Assembly (NCBI GenBank): GCA_013815535.1
Contig: JACDGC010000002.1
Coordinates: forward strand, 1-54,102
Length of the DNA: 54,102 bases
Source of the DNA: Ktedonobacterales bacterium
GTDB lineage: Bacteria > Chloroflexota > Ktedonobacteria > Ktedonobacterales > JACDGC01
Direction: 5' to 3'
How positions within the stretch are numbered: position 1 is the first letter of the stretch; each line of letters opens with the position of its first letter. Below the pieces are notes generated by a model. It worked only from the letters and a program-made list of their open reading frames with translations. It was not told the origin of the DNA and searched no databases. Position numbers and translations under genes: made by a program. This document shows positions 45,690 to 51,840 of this stretch, one piece after another.

Positions 45690-46070
45690 TATGTTTCGAA
45701 CCTTCGCGTAAAATTTTTTACGTGAAGGTTCGAAAAGCAAGCGCATCAGCCCAGGAAACCCGTTCGAACTTTCGAGCAAATTACCATGATGGGATATTTT
45801 GCGAAGGATCGAACAATTTTATGCGAAGGTTCAAAAGAGTGGTGTACTTGGGTAGCTGGCTTTGTAAGAGCGGTAGACGTATTTTATGCGAGCCGATAGG
45901 TGCGTCAGCACTTACCCGCAACCAGTGAAATAGTTGCGAACCTTGGCGGACATCCTTGTGCGTGGAGGGTCGAACACTGGGCATGTGATTTCAGGAAATA
46001 TGTTCGGAACTTGTCCTCAAGCTCGCACGCCTATTTGGGAAGCGCAAGATCATCGGAACTTCGTGTCCTA
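45690..46070. repeat. dense array (at least 9 copies, both orientations) of the TTTACGCGAAGGTTCGAAA motif
   Basis: Includes a 42-bp near-palindrome, TTTCGAACCTTCGCGTAAAA-TT-TTTTACGTGAAGGTTCGAAA (45694-45735). Further copies lie at about 45761, 45798, 45817, 45944, 45958 and 46001. Confidence 0.65.
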
Positions 46071-46273
46071 CCAATTCAGTTCGTCATTGACACAGAGCTG
46101 ACCTTTCTGCTTGATCAAAAATGGCATCTACCTCGTAGATTGCTGCCGATCTCCCGATCAACCTGGCCTATATTAGCCCGATAGATAGAGAAGCTCTGTG
46201 TCAACTTTGCCATGCGCCGATCTGCTTAGTGTCTCGTATCTAGCGCGAAGATCTCACGAAAATAACGAAGATG

Positions 46274-46314
46274 GCTTGCTTTTTGTGAGGTTGATTCAAC
46301 CTCACAAAAACTGG
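46274..46314. repeat. 41-bp inverted repeat, right copy
   Basis: GCTTGCTTTTTGTGAGGTTGATTCAACCTCACAAAAACTGG. Confidence 0.75.
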
Positions 46315-46825
46315 GGGGTAATTGGCTCTGTGGCAGGGATAAGAGGCCATAATAGTCATGCCTAGCAATGGTATTCGTAGGCAATACCCGGCGTGATTTT
46401 GCTCTTGAAGCATGCACGCACTTGGTGGTACAATTCAGGCGTTCATTTTTTCTGGTCTGCACCTATCCAGGTTGGTGTTGCTGCCTTTGGCGCAGGTATC
46501 CAACGCAGCGTGAAGTTCCTTTGCTGACCTTGTCGCAGGTCCTTCACCCAGGGTGTTTGTGATAGCTCCCATGTTCTCTGCTGCATGTGCGCATTCAACA
46601 TGGCCTATCTTCCGCTCGGATGTTGCTGTCTCTGCTGCATGTGCGCAAACAGCACCTATGAGCTTTCCCGGCTGGTTCACCCTCGGTGTGAGGATCGTCT
46701 GTTGAACGTTTTCCATGAAGAAGGAGGAAGGTTCCCATCTCGCACATCTGTCACGCAGCCTAGCGAGTTTTCGCGTCATCGCTCCATCACTCTGTTTCCT
46801 GGGAAAGGAGTATCCTTCCGCACCT

Positions 46826-47062
46826 ATGCGCTTCGTACCGGTTTTGTTTTTCCGCATACCGGCAGTGCTGATCTCGATGATTGTGGCGCTGATGATCATT
46901 CCCCTCCTCGTCTTTGGCCTGTTTCTGGGGATTGGTATCAGCTTTTTCCAGGCACTCTTCGCGGCATCACCCCTGGCTGGCACGATTGCTATCCTCGGTC
47001 TGTTGCTTTTGACGGGTGTTGGGATCACTTCCGTTGTTCGAGTAGTTCGCGCACACGCCTGA
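46826..47062 (+). CDS. small membrane protein (78 aa, 2-3 TM)
   Basis: MRFVPVLFFRIPAVLISMIVALMIIPLLVFGLFLGIGISFF... The Shine-Dalgarno is rather distant (15 nt). Confidence 0.4.
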   Translation: MRFVPVLFFRIPAVLISMIVALMIIPLLVFGLFLGIGISFFQALFAASPLAGTIAILGLLLLTGVGITSVVRVVRAHA

Positions 47063-47278
47063 TTCAAGCTCATTTCCTTGTTATGTTCCTGCGGGTTCCT
47101 AACGAGGTATGTCTCCTATTGCCTTTTTTCTCCTCATGTACCTGTGGCAGCCACCTTTCCTCCTGTGCTGCTGCTTCCCCCCCTTCATTCCTGTTGATGT
47201 GATGCACATCTGAGCCATGTTGCTCTGCCATCAGGGTTTGCTTGAGCCGTGGCCGCGGCTCGCTGGTGATAGCCGTTA

Positions 47279-47309
47279 CAGCCGAACTTCCTCCGGGGGT
47301 TCGGCTTTT
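47279..47309 (+). terminator. intrinsic terminator
   Basis: AGCCGAAC-(11 nt)-GTTCGGCT followed by TTTT. Confidence 0.6.
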
Positions 47310-47381
47310 TCGTTGTCTGTCGGCAGCGAGGCGCGGCTGCGCCATATTTCGCCCGGTATGGGCATTGTAAGGAGGCCAGTT

Positions 47382-47756
47382 ATGGCCATGCGCACTCCTC
47401 CCCCGTTTCCTCCCACTCCGAACGAGTTGCAGCTATTGGATTGGCTGCGGGAGACAGAACGACGTCAGAGCATTCCTCCGGGGAGCCTGGTTCCTGCTCT
47501 GCTCGTGACGTTGCAAACCATCAGTTCTGGTCGAGGGAATAAAAATTTGCTTGCTCGGCTTGCCGAGCTGGGGACCATGGGATCACCGCAACGGCAGACC
47601 GGGCTGCGCGTCATGCAAATCGTGATTGCGCTAGCTGTCGTTGCGCTCGCATGCTGTATCTTCACCTACGGAGCTGGCGCACTGATTGTCATCGCCAATC
47701 ACCACGTGGCCACGCCAACCGTGCCCGTACCGTTGACGCCAACGGTGCCACGTTAG
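47382..47756 (+). CDS. hypothetical protein (124 aa) with C-terminal TM anchor
   Basis: TAAGGAGG lies 6 nt upstream of the ATG. MAMRTPPPF... ends with the hydrophobic VMQIVIALAVVALACCIFTYGAGALIVIA. Confidence 0.6.
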   Translation: MAMRTPPPFPPTPNELQLLDWLRETERRQSIPPGSLVPALLVTLQTISSGRGNKNLLARLAELGTMGSPQRQTGLRVMQIVIALAVVALACCIFTYGAGALIVIANHHVATPTVPVPLTPTVPR

Positions 47757-47765
47757 CTTGCGGTG

Positions 47766-47804
47766 ATGAGGCGGAGCTTTGTCTCCGCCTCATTTGCTTG
47801 TTTT
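47766..47804 (+). terminator. intrinsic terminator
   Basis: ATGAGGCGGAG-(6 nt)-CTCCGCCTCAT followed by TTGCTTGTTTT. Confidence 0.6.
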
Positions 47805-47828
47805 CCAACAATGAAGGAGTTCACTGCG

Positions 47829-48149
47829 ATGGCAATGCGCGTTTGGCACCGCCGACACTCGTTGTTTGGTCTAGTCCCACAAGCGATGGATCCGGCGCTG
47901 TTTACCTGCGTGGCAGAATTGGCAACTGTGGATCCTGAACAGGCGTTTCGCTGGTCACAACATGCGGATCATGCTTGGCAGACGCAGCAGAATCGCGTCA
48001 TTCAATCCTTTGCTGCACACCCACGCTCGACGAGTGTGGGTGACATCTTGCAACAATGCTTGACCGGCACCTGCCTGCTCGTGTGTGCTGAAGGGTTTAC
48101 CGAACTGCCCGGCTGGGTATTTCCTGACCCAACGTCATCTTCTTGGTAA
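47829..48149 (+). CDS. hypothetical protein (106 aa)
   Basis: GAAGGAG lies 9 nt upstream. Starts MAMRVWHRRH... No family recognised. Confidence 0.55.
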   Translation: MAMRVWHRRHSLFGLVPQAMDPALFTCVAELATVDPEQAFRWSQHADHAWQTQQNRVIQSFAAHPRSTSVGDILQQCLTGTCLLVCAEGFTELPGWVFPDPTSSSW

Positions 48150-48260
48150 CGTGAGCGGAAGCTCTTTGTGGGACTCGCCAAAGTTATTGGTGAGTCCCAT
48201 TGTTTTGGGTCCCTTCCTGTACGCACATCGTGCTTTCGCCCTGCAGCGCTCGCTCCCCTC

Positions 48261-48348
48261 TTCCTATCCGTGGCTGCTGCTGCCACGCTGATGAGCCACC
48301 TTGAAACGGTTTCAGGGTTGGCACGCCTGAGCACAGGCGAAATAGGAA
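48261..48348 (+). ncRNA. hammerhead-ribozyme-like motif A (type III topology, expanded stem II)
   Basis: UUCCUAUC|CGUGGC(UGCUGCU)GCCACG-CUGAUGA-G[43 nt]C-GAAA-UAGGAA. Stem III is 7 bp (48261-67 / 48342-48) and stem I is 6 bp (48269-74 / 48282-87). Cleavage triplet AUC, with the predicted cut after 48268. Confidence 0.6.
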
Positions 48349-48456
48349 TCGCGGCGGACTGATGTTTACGTCCGCTTGCTCATGCACACCTCGACCACGG
48401 TGCTGGTTGAGAAAGGTTGGCGCGATCATGCTGTCTGTTTCCTGGTTACACGACAT

Positions 48457-48765
48457 GGCTGGGAGGCCACTGCCCCCAGTGAAAGGAGAATGGCCATGGC
48501 TTACGAGAAAATCTTGGGCGATATCATCGGCTTAGTGATATTGACGGGACGTTACCCTGCGTCCCCAAGTGAGAGGGAGTGGTACCTGTACAGCGCATTC
48601 GTCCGAAGGTTATTTGATAACTGGAAAAGCAATGGGGGGCTACCGCCACCTACTGATGAGGAATGTGAAGCCGCGCTCGCTGTTCGAGAGCGATTAATGG
48701 AAAGTATCTCCTCCGTTATTCAAGTCCCAGTAGCGTAGTTTGTCAATGGCGGTGGCCTCCCAGCC
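48457..48765 (+). repeat. 18-bp inverted repeat pair bracketing the 80-aa cistron (long-range RNA clamp candidate)
   Basis: GGCTGGGAGGCCACTGCC (48457-48474) pairs with GGCGGTGGCCTCCCAGCC (48748-48765): 17 Watson-Crick pairs plus 1 U-G on the + strand transcript. Confidence 0.6.
48496..48738 (+). CDS. hypothetical protein (80 aa)
   Basis: GAAAGGAGAA Shine-Dalgarno. ATG 48496 (or 48490). Ends ...QVPVA with the shared 3' sequence GTAGCGTAGTTTGT. Confidence 0.55.
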   Translation: MAYEKILGDIIGLVILTGRYPASPSEREWYLYSAFVRRLFDNWKSNGGLPPPTDEECEAALAVRERLMESISSVIQVPVA

Positions 48766-48936
48766 CTGTTGTGTTCCCCGCGCGGGCTGCCATCAGTATT
48801 TCCCCCGTGTTCATCGTCCCCCAGAATCCACCACCCCTTCACGCTGCCCGGCTGTAAATAGCAGCCATGCGGCATTGTGCTGTCGTTTGTGGGAAGGCGC
48901 GGTCCTCCCCATTTACCACCACCATTCCACGCCGCG

Positions 48937-49312
48937 ATCGGAGAGGCGGGCCACCGCCGACCCATCGAAAGGAGAACTCAATGCTGAAAGACACTGCGAA
49001 TTACGAGAAAGTTCCCCAAATTCTGGTGGCGGCTTTGGTCGTCATGAGGAGGGTCAAACGAATATGGGCGGATACGATGCCGCCTGAAATGGCCGCCGAA
49101 GCGATGCGGCGGTTTTCTGGGGATGATCTCCTGGCGCTTGCTCTGTGCGAGCTCGAAAAGATAGGTGCCCTTGATAATCCCACCTCTGACCAGGTGTGGA
49201 TGGCAAACCGTTGGCTCGACGTGTTGGTAGAGTGGTCGTTTGCTGAGGCTCGTCAATGTGGTGAGCCGATCGTAGCGTAGTTTGTTTATCGGCGGTGGTC
49301 CGCCTCTCCGAT
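48937..49312 (+). repeat. 24-bp inverted repeat pair bracketing the 99-aa cistron (long-range RNA clamp candidate)
   Basis: ATCGGAGAGGCGGGCCACCGCCGA (48937-48960) pairs with TCGGCGGTGGTCCGCCTCTCCGAT (49289-49312): 23 Watson-Crick pairs plus 1 G-U on the + strand transcript. Confidence 0.65.
48981..49280 (+). CDS. hypothetical protein (99 aa)
   Basis: GAAAGGAGAA Shine-Dalgarno 6 nt upstream. Ends ...EPIVA with the shared GTAGCGTAGTTTGT. Confidence 0.55.
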   Translation: MLKDTANYEKVPQILVAALVVMRRVKRIWADTMPPEMAAEAMRRFSGDDLLALALCELEKIGALDNPTSDQVWMANRWLDVLVEWSFAEARQCGEPIVA

Positions 49313-49324
49313 TGCCGCATAGCA

Positions 49325-49396
49325 CATCCATCCACGGCTGTTGCTGCCGTGCTGATGAGTCCCGCCGGACCCGCCTGAGCACAGGCGAAATGGATG
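49325..49396 (+). ncRNA. hammerhead-ribozyme-like motif B (type III topology, expanded stem II)
   Basis: CAUCCAUC|CACGGC(UGUUGCU)GCCGUG-CUGAUGA-G[26 nt]C-GAAA-UGGAUG. Stem III is 7 bp (49325-31 / 49390-96) and stem I is 6 bp (49333-38 / 49346-51). The predicted cut is after 49332. Confidence 0.6.
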
Positions 49397-49444
49397 GCAG
49401 AATCCCTGGCATGCTGGGTGACTCGCCCAGTCGTTGCCGCCATG

Positions 49445-49478
49445 AAAACCCGCACGCATCCCCATGCGTGCGGGTTTT
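49445..49478 (+). terminator. strong terminator-like hairpin immediately upstream of the csrA-like RBS
   Basis: AAAACCCGCACGCAT-CCCC-ATGCGTGCGGGTTTT. It ends 10 nt before GGAGG and 19 nt before ATG 49498. Confidence 0.6.
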
Positions 49479-49497
49479 GGCGTGTCATGGAGGAACC

Positions 49498-49839
49498 ATG
49501 ATCATCGTGCGACGGCCCGGCCAGGCCGTCTTCCTCGGCGACTACATGCTGGAACTCACCAGTACTGGTGGTCGCTTCGCGCGCTGGACCCTCACCGTCC
49601 CTCCGGAGATTCCCGTGCGCAAAGGGGACATGTTGCTTGCCCCCTGTCGGACCCGCAGCGTGCTGTTCTTTGGTCTCGATCCAGGCGATGCGGTCTGGAT
49701 CGACGACCGCATTGCGGTCGAACTCCGCCACTGTTCATCCCAGCACGCCACGCTCAGCGTGACGGCCCCCCGGCAAATCCTGGTGCTGCGCCAGGAACTG
49801 CTCACCTCCGCCACACCCTACCAGTACGCTCGCCGCTGA
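49498..49839 (+). CDS. CsrA-like protein with an internal tandem duplication of the CsrA fold (113 aa)
   Basis: Repeat 1 is MIIVRRPGQAVFLGDYMLELTSTGGRFARWTLTVPPEIPVRKGDML. Repeat 2 is VLFFGLDPGDAVWIDDRIAVELRHCSSQHATLSVTAPRQILVLRQELL. Both align to the CsrA pattern MLILTRRVGE.l.IGD.i.v.vl.v.g..VrlGi.AP..v.v.R.E. Confidence 0.65.
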   Translation: MIIVRRPGQAVFLGDYMLELTSTGGRFARWTLTVPPEIPVRKGDMLLAPCRTRSVLFFGLDPGDAVWIDDRIAVELRHCSSQHATLSVTAPRQILVLRQELLTSATPYQYARR

Positions 49840-49851
49840 GCGCACGCCAGA

Positions 49852-49889
49852 GCATGACCAGCGCGCCCAAACACCCGCGCTGGTCATGC
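49852..49889 (+). terminator. 13-bp stem-loop after the csrA-like gene (no U tract)
   Basis: GCATGACCAGCGC-(12 nt)-GCGCTGGTCATGC. Confidence 0.35.
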
Positions 49890-50112
49890 CATCTGCCACC
49901 CCCGACGGTTCTTTTGCTTTTCGTCAAGCACTTCCTCTCTTTTGTTCTTCCTCTTCATGTGCTTCTGTTATTCCCCCTGGCTCTTCTCCCCATCTGCCAC
50001 GCTCCTGGCTTTTCCTCACACGGACCCCCCTGTGGGTCGTTAGCGAGCAGACGCTGACGTTCCACAGGGGTGCCTGTCAAGGCGTCCCTATCTCCCTTTA
50101 AGGAGGGCACCG

Positions 50113-50337
50113 ATGATGCCCCCGATTCCACCGCCTGAGGAAACCCCTGGCGAGGCTGAGCTGTTGGCCTTGCTGCGCGTACTTGACGCGCAGGGTGGTG
50201 CCATGCCGGGTGACCATGCCCGGTATACCGCTGATCGTTTGCCCCTGATCATGGCAAACCTGCCGGTTGGCCTGAGTTGGCCGGCAGTCCTTGATTGGCT
50301 CTTGACCCGTTTCCAAACGGGCCAAGGTCTTCCCTAG
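50113..50337 (+). CDS. hypothetical protein (74 aa)
   Basis: TAAGGAGGG lies 7 nt upstream of ATGATG. No family recognised. Confidence 0.5.
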   Translation: MMPPIPPPEETPGEAELLALLRVLDAQGGAMPGDHARYTADRLPLIMANLPVGLSWPAVLDWLLTRFQTGQGLP

Positions 50338-50450
50338 TACGGTCGGGGCAGAGGCAACTCTGTCCCGCTGCGCGTGTTCTCTTCACCGGACCCTCGCATC
50401 GTTCCCTCGGCATACCCCCCTAAAACAGCGCGTAATTGAAGGAGAAGCTG

Positions 50451-50726
50451 ATGACCTCTGTTCGTGTGTTGATTGCTGCCAGCATGTTCGAGGTGGCCCT
50501 GTTTTGGGCCTACGGGTTGGGCGTTCCCCTCCCTGCCCTGGTTCTGGTGGTCATCCTCGGCCATCCGTTGACGATTCCCCTGATCGCGCATGTCCCGTTG
50601 TGGACCTCGGTGATCACCTTTGGGATGCTGATGGGAGGGGAGCGTCACGTTCCCTTTACCAACAGTTTGGTGGCACACCCTATCGGCTGTTTCTCGTCTT
50701 GGGGGCGGGTCTCTTTACGGGACTGA
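50451..50726 (+). CDS. small membrane protein; probably continues by a +1 frame change into 50650-50854
   Basis: GAAGGAG lies 7 nt upstream. There are 2-3 TM segments in this frame. The overlapping +1 frame (track ORF 50504..50854) encodes further clean TM helices (LFLVLGAGLFTGLTCVCLTILWFALIVLADGAFIVVLLL) but has no start of its own. Confidence 0.5.
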   Translation: MTSVRVLIAASMFEVALFWAYGLGVPLPALVLVVILGHPLTIPLIAHVPLWTSVITFGMLMGGERHVPFTNSLVAHPIGCFSSWGRVSLRD

Positions 50727-50960
50727 CCTGTGTCTGCCTCACCATCCTGTGGTTCGCGTTGATTGTCCTGGCTGACGGTGCCTTTATCGTGGTGCTGTTG
50801 CTCAGGCTGCTTGGTGGTCAGGCGATGCGGTGGTGGCATCGTGTGGCGCGATAACGGTCGCTTGTCTGGTAGATGCGTCGGGGGAATGATGCGAGCGCCT
50901 GGTGGCGTTCGGTTCGGAGTGGGTAGGAAGCGATTTTGTCCACTCTGGGTAATGGAAGTT

Positions 50961-50991
50961 GGGCGACCACAAGATGGTCGCCCTTTGTGTT
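50961..50991 (+). terminator. intrinsic terminator
   Basis: GGGCGACCA-(5 nt)-TGGTCGCCC followed by TTTGTGTT. Confidence 0.55.
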
Positions 50992-51019
50992 GCCCTCGTA
51001 AGGGCAGGAGGATGTTGGG

Positions 51020-51289
51020 ATGTTGGTACTTCGTCGTAAGGCCGGTGAGGTCGTGGTCCTTAATGGCGTCATCAAGGTGTATGTGCTCGCTGTCGAGGGC
51101 GAGCGCGTCAAGTTAGGTTTCGATGCGCCACCGGATGTGGTCATCGTACGGCAAGAACTCCTCGACAATGATGGCACACCAGCGCAGAGCAAGGCAAACT
51201 TTTGTGTGCGTATCGTCGAGCATCTGCGGGGGTGGTTGGCTGCTTGGGGCAGTCGCCGTGGTGCTGTTCTGGTTGCGGTCAGCCGCTAA
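51020..51289 (+). CDS. csrA: CsrA-family RNA-binding protein paralog
   Basis: MLVLRRKAGEVVVLNGVIKVYVLAVEGERVKLGFDAPPDVVIVRQELL closely follows the CsrA consensus. AGGAGG lies 7 nt upstream, within a GCCCT-CGTA-AGGGC hairpin context. Confidence 0.75.
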   Translation: MLVLRRKAGEVVVLNGVIKVYVLAVEGERVKLGFDAPPDVVIVRQELLDNDGTPAQSKANFCVRIVEHLRGWLAAWGSRRGAVLVAVSR

Positions 51290-51372
51290 CGGGCATGCTC
51301 GGCGTGTGCGTTGGTTTCGTGGGAGCACTGGTGCCAGCACTGGCACCGGTGCTCCTGAAGGGAGCATCTCCC

Positions 51373-51840
51373 ATGGCGTTTTCACCACGAGTGGATGTCG
51401 CGGCGCTCAAAGCCGCGCACCCGCTCGAAGATATCGTCGGGCTAACCGTCAATCTCGTGCGGGATGGCAAAGCCTTGAAGGGTCTGTGCCCGTTCCATCA
51501 CGAGCGGACGCCCTCCTTTTTCGTCTTCCCCGACCCCATCACTGGGGGCCGCTGGCACTGCTTTGGTGCCAGTTGTGCCCGTGGCGGAGATGTCTTCACC
51601 TATTTACACCTCCGCGATGGTCTGAGCTTTCGTGAAGCCGTCGCGTATTTGCAACAATGTGACCCAGCTACCCCCCTGTATTCGCTAGTCGAGTTGAGCA
51701 GCAGACGCTCCAAAAATGCTGGTGAGAAAACGGCAGCACCTTGCGGGAAAGTGTTAGTCAAACTACGGCAGCAGTGGCCATGTTTTCCCCAAAGTGTTAC
51801 TCGAAGTGGTTGCCATTTGGTTGCTCATCTGGTACACTAG
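51373..51840 (+). CDS. CHC2 zinc-finger (DnaG/primase-type) protein, probably 3'-truncated by the IS21 insertion
   Basis: LKGLCPFHHERTPSFFVFP...WHCFGASCARGGDVFTYL is the CHC2 primase zinc finger. Only 155 aa, and the tail is read into the IS end. Confidence 0.7.
   Translation: MAFSPRVDVAALKAAHPLEDIVGLTVNLVRDGKALKGLCPFHHERTPSFFVFPDPITGGRWHCFGASCARGGDVFTYLHLRDGLSFREAVAYLQQCDPATPLYSLVELSSRRSKNAGEKTAAPCGKVLVKLRQQWPCFPQSVTRSGCHLVAHLVH

Noticed and set aside
45680-45928. Track ORFs 45680..45928 (+) and 40967..41176 (-) with recurring FEPSRK peptides.
   Set aside because: The peptide repeats simply mirror the DNA motif CGAAGGTTCGAA. There is no RBS and the same words occur in both orientations. 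Non-coding repeat arrays.
46575-46647. Two copies of the 19-nt direct repeat TCTCTGCTGCATGTGCGCA, 54 bp apart (a possible mini CRISPR-like array).
   Set aside because: There are only two copies, with no further periodicity, no leader and no cas genes anywhere in the window. Most likely a local duplication.
47382-48498. Three consecutive small proteins start with MAM(R/A) (ATGGCCATGCGC / ATGGCAATGCGC / ATGGCCATGGCT).
   Set aside because: Probably shared ancestry of the translation-initiation regions, or coincidence. Too short to support any functional claim.
48457-49312. Inverted repeats flanking the small genes interpreted as integron attC sites or as invertible DNA switches.
   Set aside because: attC arms lie within one 60-140-bp site, not on both sides of a gene. 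No integrase or invertase gene is present in the window. The single mismatch in each pair is G-U-compatible only on the + strand RNA. DNA inversion cannot be fully excluded without read-level data.
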